DNA of 38,220 bases, taken from the NCBI GenBank assembly GCA_020137815.1, contig WFME01000016.1, positions 1-38,220 of the forward strand, in the 5' to 3' direction. The position numbers were made by a program, and so were the translations under genes. Source of the stretch: Hormiphora californensis (taxonomy: Eukaryota > Animalia > Ctenophora). The first letter of the stretch is position 1. Every line of letters begins with the position of its first letter. The notes beneath the pieces are model-generated. The model made no database searches. It was not told where the DNA came from and saw nothing but the letters and a program-made list of their open reading frames with translations. Below, one piece after another: positions 14,030 through 26,200 of this stretch.

Positions 14030-14146
14030 GAGTCTCCTACCTGTTACCATGGTAACTCGAGTCTCTTAGCTCTGTTTTCATGGTAACCTAATAGCTACAG
14101 TTGCCATGGTAACTAAAGTCTCCTAATTGTTTCCATGGTAACCTAC
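14030..14146. repeat. Intronic minisatellite of gttnccatggtaac-containing units
   Basis: Four copies of the core at ~14043, 14074, 14100, 14129. Confidence 0.8.
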
Positions 14147-14225
14147 TTGTTGACATCACATCCACCAGGAACAACCTCGGTACATTGGGGCAGGTTGTTA
14201 TCTGTTCCAAGTAACATTAAAACCC
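14147..14225 (-). CDS. Exon fragment: second FOLN/EGF-type junction (GTDNNLPQCTEVVPGGCDVN)
   Basis: Resembles GVPTCQEVQLGCGVDN of the 18743 exon and has the same phase-2 donor (gtaggt at 14146). Confidence 0.6.
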
Positions 14226-17200
14226 CATCATAAAAGGGGAAAATCCTCGGGGTTTGGGGGGGCCCATGCTTTTTCTCAGGTATTTTGTCCCTAAAATAAT
14301 CATTGCAGTTAATAATAATAAAAATAATATCTAAACTGTATCCCCCCAAACCCCCCAGGGACGATGCAAAAGAAAAATACTGCCACTGAGGGAAAATCAG
14401 AGCAGTTTACCACACACCAACCAAATTAGTTTAAAAAAACGGTGGAAAAAACCCAAATTAACCCTGCTCTCATGAAAAGGGAAGAAATACAACGGTTCCC
14501 AAAAACAGACAAAACATGGTAAAAAGAAAAAAATAAGTTTCCCCAAAAATTCCTCAAAATTTTACACCTCCCCAAAAAAAATTTTTATCAATAAAAAAAA
14601 GGTTCAAAATAAATCTCTGACCCCCCCTCAACACAGAAAATCGCCCGGAAAAAGGGGAAAAACTAAAACCACGGAAAAAAATTTTATTACACACTCAGAC
14701 ACTCGGGGGCTTAAAAACCAAAAAGATGTGCTGGGAAAAACTTGTCACGGGGAAAAACCCATCCAAACCCCCGTCTTACCTGATAAATAAAAGCGAGTGA
14801 TAGGTTACGATGGGGAAATCCGAAAAGGAAAGCCCAACTAGTCACCCCAAAGGGAAAATTCCACGAAAAAGGCTTTCTTGAGACTTGGCCCCCTTGCAAC
14901 CTATTCTCGCCCGCGAAGAATGGCCCCCGGCCTTTTGGGGACAGCAAGAATTTCACTTTGCCCCCTTTTTAAACACTTTTTCCCAAGCATGGACTGTAAA
15001 AAATGCGCGCGATAAAACTGTTTTGGCGGCATTTTTGGGCCCGCCCCTAGCCAAACCAAAACCCCAATTACCGCCTAAATTGGCACTTTGTTAAATGGCG
15101 GGTTTTTTTCCCCTACCCCACAGGCCATGACGTTTCCCAACCCAGTACCCCAATTGCCCCGGGACCGAGTAGGAGTTTGCCCCAGGTTTTTAAACGTTCC
15201 CTCATTTTTTAGGGGCCCAATTTTGACCCCTTTCCTAAATTTCGATTTTCGGGGGTTTTTTCCCCGAAAAACCCTAGGGGAAAATTATCTCCGGGGAAGC
15301 AACAAACAGTTTCCCAAATCGTTCAGTAATTTTCCTTGCACCCCAGGTTTTTAAAAAAATTTTTCTCTAAAACAATAACGCGCCGGGGCCTAATGTGAGA
15401 TCGATCTCGGTCGCTGCCAAACCTCGATCTCACTCAGGCACCCATTTTGGCCAATCTTGAGACATTTTTAAACGTTTCCCACAGTGGTCAACGCCTCAGA
15501 TAGGGGGGGCTTTCCCCAAGGGTCCGGTAGGAGAACTAAAGGGTCCCCTTTTTCCCCCTCATTTAAAACTGTCTTTCCCACTCGCCTTTTGGGGTACCGG
15601 AGCTTAAGAGATGGGGCACATTTGCCGCTCTGGCCCGGGCGGGGGTACTCCATTACTTGGTCCGCAGGTATTTCCCTCACAAAATTTAGTCCTGGACCCT
15701 TTCCTGTATGATTTTGGTGGGCCCATAAGACTGATTTGAAGACACACGTTGCTAAATGGGAAAAAGGGGGAGTCTTTTCTCTTGGGGCAGGAATCATTTT
15801 TAATGACCATGAATCCATAATGAACCAAACCAGGAATTAAGCCCCTTCCCTTAAGGCGGGAAAGACTTCTTTGGAAACCTCCATAAAGGATATTAAAAAT
15901 AATCCAGACGGAGAAAACAAGCTGCTTCACCAGAGAACTTTGGTGGAGAATTTCCAAAAACGATTGCCCCTGCCAAAAAATTCTTTAACAGCATTCCCCA
16001 AGGTTTTCTCACACGGTTACCAGCCCCAAAAGTCAAGTTTTCATCCAGTAAATCCCCGGGAGTCTTCCCCCGAAGTCCCTTAAAGTAAATAGGACCGATT
16101 CCCCCTCCCCAAACCCCAAACCCGGGACGGTTCAAAAGTAAGCTTATCATAGAAAACTATTTTTTAACCCGGTAGAATTTTCCGTCTTCGATCATTGAAA
16201 ATTTCAACCATGCTCGACCTCCATCCCTTGAGGCATCAAGCCCTTCCCTCAATTCCTTTTCTTTCCCTTTTTCCATTGGTCTTCATCACGGGGAACCAGA
16301 CTCACAAAAACCTGTGAGCCCTCGCATATAGTTTAATTTTTAAGCCCATATGAAACGCCCCCGATCCTGAATTCCTCCACTTTAGAAAAAGAAACAAAAC
16401 TGGCCCAAGGAGGGACCCCTTGGGGTACCCCCCCCTATAAAATAATCACCCTTGATTTTTCTCCTCGCCTTTCCCCTCTGAAGTTCTCGACCCAAAAGAA
16501 AACTGATAACCACTAAAAGGGCTGCTCCCTTACCCAAAACCTCCTACTCAAAAAACGTCCCCAGCTTAGAATGTTTCCACAGGGGCAAAGGCACCGACAT
16601 AAAAAAAGAAAGGGGCCCAAAAAAATTCCCCTTTCCTTTTTCCTGAAAAAAGTCATAAAACATTCCCAAATTAAGTCTCGCAACAGGGCCCACCCTGTAC
16701 CCCCACTGGTGAGGTTCAGTAAGTCTTTCCCCTTTAAAGGAACCGTTAGCTGGTCAAGTACCACCTTCCCCAAGAATTTTTTAAGAAAAGGGTGGGTTCA
16801 TAGGGCGATATTTTGATAGGGCGGCCCCATCCCTTTGGGTTTCCCTTAAGGGGGGAAAAAAAAAGGCTTGCTAAAAACGTCCTGGAAAACATTTTTGCAA
16901 AGAGGATTAAATCACTTTTTTGTAAACAGAGGAGCAAAAACTTTTCGATACACTTTTTTAATCACCCAGGGTTTGGTATCAATCGAGATCAAAAACGTCT
17001 TATCCGCCATACCTTTTCACTACCCCTCTTAATCTCTTCACAAGAGATTTCCCCCTAAATTCCCGAACGTACAATTCCCAACCGACCCCTAAAGGGGTTC
17101 CACACCTCAAAAGCATGCTCCTCTCAGAAACAAATTTTCGATTTTCCCCAATTTTTCCCGAAAAGTCTGAAAAATCCTCAGCAATTTTTACATCACTCCT

Positions 17201-20200
17201 TTTTTCTTTTAATTTTTTCATTTCTTAAAATTATCATTTGTCCCTGTTTTTTTTGGGAAGCTGATTTTTGAACAAATAATTGAATGTCCCCAATTTGAAA
17301 ATAAAACCCCTTTTTTTGTAATTAAAAAATTACTGTTACAAATTGCTATAATTCCCCCCGGTAAATTTTTGTGCGATAACTTTTAGTTTGAAATACCAAC
17401 TAAAATCGCCGGCATCATTTTTTCCCAATAGCCCCCCCCCAAATTCTTTTACTGGGCTCCCCCCTGCGAGGGAACTGTCTTGGCTTTTTTCCAGCTTTCC
17501 GGGCCCTGAAACATATTAGAAATTAAAACAAAAAGGAAACTTTTTTTTAAAATTAATTATTTAATTTATTATTGGGTCTTCCTTGAGACTAGAAAATTGG
17601 GTGGGAATCAAAATTTTTTTTAAACCGGTTTAAAGGTCTTCCCGGGTTTGACTGAAAATTAAAAGAAAACAAAATAAATAACAATTTAAATTTTAATTTT
17701 TAAATTTTTAAATTATTAAAAAATTTAAATCTACTACACGGGCCCGGGGGCTGGGGAAAAGGAAACCGCTAACATGATGAAACCCCCGGGGGCCTTTCAT
17801 GGGGGAAACTCTGGGGGGAAAACGATCCTGAAAACCCCCGTACTGTAATTTTCCCCTCCCCCGGGTAAACAGGGTCTCGCATCATTGTTCCCCTCCACAG
17901 AAGCAACCGCTGGGACGGGTGGGGAGGGGCGTGGGATCCCGGGGCAACACACTCAGATCGTGGCCCCGATGAAAACCCATGGGCGGGGGGGGGTGTTTCC
18001 AAAAGGGGAAAGCACCCGGAAAGGGGAAAATGGTTCTCCGTTTCCATGGTAACAAAACTACATCATATCACATGGTAACCATGGTAACCACTCACCTCAC
18101 TACCATGGTTACCATTATAGTAACTATATGACTCACATCACTACCATGGTAACCATGGTAACCATATATGACTCACCTCATTACGCTCTGACCTACAGGG
18201 CACTCAGCAGTCGAAATGGCATCGTTACCAAAAGCCTCTTCTCCAATGACCGTCTCCCACAGCGTGTGAATTGGCAGGCAGGTACCCGTCTAAAGGATAG
18301 AGTTTGCAGTAAAATCATTGATCTACGGCCGTTCAGTGCATATTTAATACAATATTACAATATCCATGATACGTGAACACTGCTGATCTACCGAATCCTG
18401 ATCATAGAGCGTGCTGACGACATAGTAAAACCATTATATTCATCATCGTGCAAAACTCCATGTTTCAGGTTTTAGGAGCTTGGCAGCCCAACGGTATAAG
18501 AGAAATAATCTGTACATTTACCAAGGCATTGAATTCGAAAGTTGAGTTACAATTACACGTGTATTCGGAACTTCCCACTGGGACACATTCACCATTCTCA
18601 CCACACCTGCAATTTATATTTGTTAATATAAATTATAAATAGTTAATTCGTTAACATCTAGTTAACAGTTCGAACTAATATAGGTAATCAGTCAGTGATA
18701 TCAGGTACAACTCATTGGTCAGTTAATTATCTAATTAATTACCTCTCATTATCGACCCCACATCCCAGCTGAACCTCTTGACAGGTTGGTACTCCCTCCT
18801 CCATCTTACATTCCTCACCCTCACCACAGGTGTACCATCACGGGGGGACCAAATTTGCGGGTGCATATTGGGGCCGGGGGGAAGTAAGTTATGATATTAT
18901 TTGGTTGCTAGGGTTACTTACAATTCTAGTACAATTTCGTTGCCATGGTTACTTTCAAAATTAGAGAGGTTTGGGAGACATAGATATCGGGACCATACAT
19001 AACAGCCGCAAAATCTCCCCCCTCATTTTTCTTTTCCTCGTCTGACCTGCCATAGATGTTTAAACCTAATACAAATTAGGAAAAATTCCCGCTAATTGGG
19101 GAAAATAAAGGTTGTTTTTGGTAAAACCTGGGGGGGGAGTTGTATGGTAATTTGGGGGGAGTTGTTAGGTCCGGGGGGAGTTTTTATGGTAACCGGGGGG
19201 GTTTTTTATGGAAAACCCGGGGGGAGTTTTATGGAAACCGGGTGGAAATTTTTAAAGGAAAACCCGGGGGGAGTTGCTTTTGGTAACCGGGTGGGGTTGT
19301 TATTGGGCCCAGGTGGGTTTTTATTGGGAACCTAACGGGAACTTACTGGCCAAAACCCCGGGAAAAATAAAGACCCCAAAATTCTTTTTTGTTCCCGCAG
19401 GAAAAAGATAATTAAAAATGGGGCCCCCCCTGACTCCGGGGGGAATTTGAAAAGGGCTTCACCCCCACAGGGGGTTTCCCCAAAATTTTGGGGGTTTTAA
19501 AACACACGTGGGCCTTTTGCCGCCGGGGGGGGGGGGGGGGGCCCCAAAAAAAGTTATTTTATAACCATGATAAAAAAGATAAAAATCTGATAATGATTTT
19601 TATGAAGGAGCACTTACAATGACACCTTTTTCCCCCTTTCTTTTTACATGTTGGTTTCGTAACAATTCCGTTATCAAATAGCCCCCTCTCTTAGAAACCC
19701 CCCTTTCCCGCAAAATGGGGGATAGATTAAAAACATTTGTTCAGTTAAAATTTTTTACATATTTATAATTTTTATTGTAAAAAGAACAAAGTACCTATTT
19801 TTAAAAAAATGTACCCAAAAAAAAGTACATATAATGGATATTTGTGGGCAGGGGGAAATGCAATTTTCTCATACTGCTTTAACTGTGGTTTTAACTTTTG
19901 AAAATTTTTTTTTTTTTGCACGTGCTTATTTTGCAAGTTTCTAAAATATTCGCATTACACGTACTTTAAACAACTTTACACCCAGGGATAGCGTAACCAA
20001 TTGGACAGGGAGTGTACTGAAAAATTTCCCTTTTTATACAGCTCAATTTAAAACCCAAGGGCAACCATCGTTCCCTTGCCCGGGTTTGTAAAAAAAGGGG
20101 GTGTTAAAAAATTTTGTTGATTTTCTAATATTTTGTTTGAGGTGTTTTAGATCCAAAACGGCCCCCAAAACCCAAGTTTCGAACAGTTTCCCCTTCATAT

Positions 20201-23200
20201 GTTTTTTTTGGAAAAAAGGACTAGAAAAAATCTACATAAAAATTTTTCTACAGGTTTTTCTTAAACACTATCTATTTTATAATATTTAACAATTTTTCTT
20301 AATTTTTTTTCCATGGGCTAATACTTGGGACATATAACAAAACCCGGCGCGAAACCCCCCCCAATGGCTCAACTTGGTTTTCGCCAGGTGTCCCATGTTT
20401 CCCCCCTTCCCATACTTACTTTTCCGTGTTGAAATTGGGTCAGGGTCCCCATTACTCCGGGCCTTTACACCGTTGGGCAATAAAAGGGGTTTTCCCCTTT
20501 AAAATTCTGACAAACTGGGGCCCCATCCAAAAGTTGAGAGTGTATTTAAAAATTAGTGTTTTTTTTGAAACTTTGGTACCCAAATATGGTCCCCCTTTTG
20601 GTGGTTTTTCAATATTTTTCCGGGCGGGGGGAAAAAAAACTTTATCCAATTCCCGAGGGCGGGAAAATCTGGGATTCCTCGAATGTTTTTTTACAAAAAT
20701 GAAAAATTGGGCTTTATGGCTTGTAATAGGAAGCAAAAAGTATAAAAAAGGGCATTAAAATTTAAATCAAAAAACGTTAAAAATTATAATAAAAGGCATC
20801 AAATATGTGGGAACTTCAAAAAAATCCAAAATTTTTTAAAACTGTATGAGACCTTTGGGAAAATTACACCTGGCGCGACCCCCCCGCACAAAAGGGGTTT
20901 GGCTCCGCCCCCCAAAAAAAGGGGGGTGTCTTTCAAGGCCCTTTTTTCAAACCCCGATCCACCGGCCGATTTGCCCTCCGGTAATAAAACAGCCAAAATG
21001 TAAAGAACACTGTATGAAAAACCATGACTTTATTTTGTTTTCTATTTTCATATTTTTTTTTTTGTACATCTTTTTTGTAAGGCCGCTATAAATCCCTTTT
21101 TCCCCCCCAAAAAGTTCATCTCCAACATACACCTAGGAAAACAAGGGAATGTGTGTGGTAAAAAACTTGGAGGAAGTCTATTTGTCTGGTAAATTATCGA
21201 TTGGTTCGCGGTAAATCATGGTTGAAATCCTATCCTGGGCAAACCCTCGATCCCACCCTTTTACAACCAAACCCCCCCTGTTAGTTATCTTTTTCTGTTC
21301 AAACCCGGGAATTTTTCCCAAGGTCAACCCTCCACCAGTTTTCCATGGGTGCAGATGTGTGGGTGCATGTGGGAAACTCCTCTTAAAAGTAGATTTTTAT
21401 GGTTACCATGGTAATTTAAAAAACATTTTCAACAGTTAAACCCTATTGGGGGAAGTGGTTTCCCCTAAACTTTTTCAAAAAACGGGTTTTTAAAGGGGAA
21501 AAAGCTGAAATTAAAAGCCAACCCCACTGAATCCCCTTCCCCCGTCCACAGCTCGTGAAATATCCCGCCCCATCCGTTTCCGACTGGCTGGTTGTTTTCC
21601 CCCCCGGGCCCTTTAAGGGAAAAAACCTCTCCACCAAAGAAATCCCGGATCTATAACCCTTCACCATTAAATTTTAAAATATTTTATTAAAAAATTGGGA
21701 TTTTTTTTAAAAAATACATTTTATTTTTAGAAGATTAGGCTGAGAACCAATTCATTGATTTAGTACCATTATATTTTAGTTTTATTAAAAAGTAGATAAA
21801 TTTTTAAAAAATTTGAAGGGGTTAGTACTATTTTTTTAATGAAAAGCCCCGGAATTTGGGTCCCATGGGGCTAGATAAAAAGGGACGTGTTGGGATTTTT
21901 AGTGACCTAATAAAGCACGTGATAGGGGTCTATTTCCCCTTAAATCTGAAAAATCACGTGATATTACCTCGCAAAGAGATAGGTAACTTCCGGAATGTGA
22001 TTCAACCCTTATGACTGAACCATTGGAACGGCGTCCCGGGGTTTTTCCAAAAAATTGTAAATTAGAAAAGAAATTTTTGGGGGTGCACTTTTAATTTAAA
22101 CCTTGGTTTTTTGCCCTCTAAATTATATTAGAAGTTCTAATCTGGGTTAGATGATCTAATTAGCCTCTAAATAAATATGTTTTGGGGACCCCCCAAAATG
22201 TCTTACTGATTTTTTTAAACTTTTCCCCGGGGATGTAGTTTTACCTCCCCCCCCAGTTTTCCCCATCTAGAAAAACCTTTGTCCTATCAATCCTGTCCTG
22301 ACAACAATCCTCCCTGAGAAATTAAATAATTAAACAATTAATTAGTTAAAATATAATTTAAATAATTTTATAATTAATTAGTTAATTAACAAAACACACG
22401 TGTGGAAACAACGATTTAGCAGGGTCAACGCGTGATGCATGCTTTCCCCGCTCCACTCTTCTGAGCAACGCGTGCGAGAAAAGGGGCAACCCCGTGAAAA
22501 CCAAATTTCACGCTTTAAAGCTTTGGCCCTTTTAACGCAAATCGAAAAGATATATGGGGATATATCAAGTCTTGATAACGTCTGTCAAATTTTTAAATTT
22601 TTAGACCCTTTTTTATAAGGTAAAAAACCTTCCAGTGGGGCGTTAATTTTTAGATCCCTTTTTCCCACGCGCCCCCTGGGGGGAAAGGGAGCTGGGAGTT
22701 TTCCGCCACTGGCGGATAAACTGGTTTAAACTCCGACGACATTTCCCCAGGCGTGCCGAGGGGGAGGCGGAGGGGGTTTTAAAACCCATAACCGTCTGTG
22801 GGAAGGTTTTAGGGTTTTATACCCCCGCTTTAGTTTTTTGTTTCAAGTATTAAAAACACTACAAAGAGAGAACCAAAAAAAAAAAACAAAACACACAAAA
22901 AGAAATGAGAAAAATTTAAAAACCTCTCTCAATTGATTTTACATTGTTTGGGACAGTTACAAGGGAAAAGAGAAAGAAATAACAAAATTGGGGGGTGCCC
23001 GACAGAACACAGAGGGAAATTAATAGTGAAAAAAAAGGGAAAATAAAGAGAGTAATTGACGGAAAAGTTTTTGGTTTTTTTCTCCCAATTTTGTTTTGTA
23101 ACTCTTCCAAACATGTTCCCTCTGTATTTCAAAAGAACTGTATTTCCACCCTTTGGGAAAGTAACATAAAGGGGTTTAAAAAAAAAAACCTGCCATGGGA

Positions 23201-26200
23201 AATAATCTGGGCCGTGGACTGGCGGGTTTTCCCCAAGAGCGCTAGTGGACTTCTCGCAACCCGCGCATTTTTTAAATTTGCAGGGTATATAATTTTTTAT
23301 ACCCTGCTAACTTAAATAATGCGCCGTGGCAGAAGCCCCCCCCCCTCTCAGTAAACAGCCAGTCCCGGCAGATTTTTCCCACTGGCAGGTTATTTTTTTT
23401 TTACTCCTACTAACATTTAAAATGTGTGTAAATGATGGGTTTTTACTACAAAACAGAGGGGAAAACCCAAAGTGCAAAAACTTCACCTACTTTTGGGGAG
23501 AAAGAAAGGCACATTCCGTCAATTACTCTTTTCCTTTTTCTCCCCCTTTTTTTCCTATCTCTTTCTCTGTGTTTATTTTTGCCCTGCCCCTTTTTCAGGG
23601 TATTTCTTTCACTCTCTTTCCTTAAACAACTGCTTTGAAATTTTCCAAAAAGTGGGCACTCAATTGTGACGGGGTTTTTAACTTTTCTTTATTTTTCCCC
23701 TTTTTGTGTTTTTGATTGTTTTTCTCTCTCGTTTTTGGTGTGTAATACTTAAAAAAAAACAACTAAACAGGTTATAACCCCCCCAACTCCCGACCACTGG
23801 GGACTTTTTAAAGGTTTTTTAAACCCCCCCGCCTTTTTCCCCGGCTCCGCCTCGGGAAACGTCGTTTGTTATTTAAACCAGTTTATCCCCAGCGGCGGAT
23901 AAACTCCAGCTAACTTCTCCCCGCGGGGGGCGCTGGGAGAAAGTTTTCTGAAAAGAAAGCGCCTTGGGGGCCAGAGTTTTTTGCCTCTTTACCTTTTTTA
24001 ATTTCAACTTGTTGTACATTGGGTTTGGGTTTTCCCTTTTCAACCCGCCACCCCCACCGACGTGGGTCCATTCAAAGAACATGAACTGCAGGAGAGAATT
24101 GTGTGTTAACGTGTTACCATGGTAACCACTAACCATTTTTTCTCTCCTTCCCCCCCCCAAAAAACATGAACTGGGAGAGAAAGGGGGTATTAAAGGTTAA
24201 CCCTGGTAACGTGCATCCCCCTCCATTCAAGAACAAGAAAAGGGGGAGAACGTGGATTGTTAAACCCCTGCCTGGGGAATTGTGTACCGGCACCTCTGAG
24301 ATTCAGCCATGCATGGCCAAGAAAATGGGCGCAATTTATTGTGAATGGGCCCATTGATTTGATATGTCCATAAATCCCGGGCACATCTGTCTCACACCCC
24401 TATTTTCTAAACCCATTAAAAATATTTTCCATCCCGTTTTCCATCAATGGCTCGCGAAGCAACCCCACCCATTCCTGTGGTATCCTGAGTGGCCCCCTTT
24501 CCCTTTCCAAGGGCCCCGTTTCCCCAAAATTATTTTCTCTTTTTAACCCTGGGATGAAATATTGGTGATGAAATTACCCCTCCGAAAAAGCTAAATATGC
24601 AATATATATAACAGCTGGGTGACTTCGTAACCAATGTGGAATAATTAGTGATGCCATCACATGCATATAAGCTTCGTGGGCTTCGTTTGTCGCGGATGGT
24701 AGTGTTATAGGAATAACATAATGTGTAGCTCGTAGAAAGTAAACCCGGTAACCATTTCTGCCGAAACCATGGGAACCCTACCATTTTTAACCATGGGAAA
24801 TAAAAACCCTTGGGAGCCGTGGGGAAAAACCCCGTTTTTAGCCCCGGGAACCCAACTTACCTAAACTTGAAATTCACAAAGATTTAGAAGTGGCGCCCTC
24901 CTTTAGATTTTTACGGTACTTCCACTCAAAGGACCCTCCCTCACACTCAAAAGCGTAAAACCCCTTTTTGTGGCTGGGTGTATTTGGGCGGTTCCAACAA
25001 TTTCTCGCCCATATACCTTCCCAAAACCAAAGTTTTTGGTTTATGCAAATGTCAACGATTTTTAAAAAACCAAAAGAAAAACCCCAAAAGGTATAAATTT
25101 TTAGGGGGATGATATGGACAGTAAAATAAAAGCCTATAAAACAAAACAAGATAGTTCCTTATCCGGGTATTTTAAACCCGAGCCTCCATTCAGTCTGTTT
25201 TTGGCAAAAAATTCCCCCCTTTTTGGGGGATGACTAAACCCTTTGGGAAAAAGAGTTCTCCCCAAAAGATTTTTAACCCCCCAAAAGTTTGGGGGGGGCC
25301 CCCCCCGGGGTTTCTGAGTGGTGCATTTTTCCCCCCGATAATTGTACTTGTTAAAATCTCAATTGCCCCCAAAATTCTTATAGCTCTTTTGGAAACGAAC
25401 TTATAATGAGGGAAAATTTGCCGGATTTTTAGGATTTAATTTTACAAATTCACTTACTGGCCCCAGAATTTTCCCTTTTTGGGTTGCGTCCCGTCCCAAA
25501 AGCTCAACAGCTCTGGCAGGATTACCGTTCCACCCCTCGCTTGTCTGACTTGTGGGCATGCCCAGGGCGAGATTAACTAATGGTGCTTCCTCGGTCGGCT
25601 CTCCAAAGACGTTCACCTCACACAGAGTCAAATAGTTGTAGTTCTGTTCAATTCTTATAGATCCTAAAAACGTGGTTTATAAAGGAGCATATATTCGATG
25701 CATTCGTGATTCGAGGTTTCGAGTGAGTAACGGAGCAATTTTATTTTCTGAAGGAGCAATTGCTGTTTAACTAACCAGCAACGGCTCCATTGCAGTCAGC
25801 TTGATACGTCTCCGGAGGTGTACTTAATGGAACCACAAAATTCGTCTCCTGCATACACCTATATTTTTGGGAGCTATTATTATGAGCCTAGAAATATATC
25901 AAAAATAGTTATAGTTGGTATTCTGAATAATGGTAGCTTAGTGGTTTATAGTTTGGTAGCTTAGTGGTTTATAGCTCCGAGCATGTCTCTCTGGAGGTCC
26001 CTGGTTCAATTCCCGGTCAAACCCAGTATTTTTCGATTTTCTTCCCTATTTAATTCTTGCTCTGAACTCATTATTCAGAATACTAATTAATCTCTCCTTA
26101 ACCGAGTTCTGCCCGTGTATGTGTGAGATTCCCCATTAAACTGTTGTACAGAGGGCGTGTGTGTGTGTTGATCACCAGAAGGAGATATCAAAATTACTTC

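Noticed and set aside
24616-24634. 19-bp inverted match to 30777-30795
   Set aside because: Most simply two fragments of a small dispersed repeat; no evidence of function
25954-26025. tRNA gene
   Set aside because: A and B boxes are present but I could not fold a convincing acceptor stem, and the A-box is duplicated; SINE-like instead
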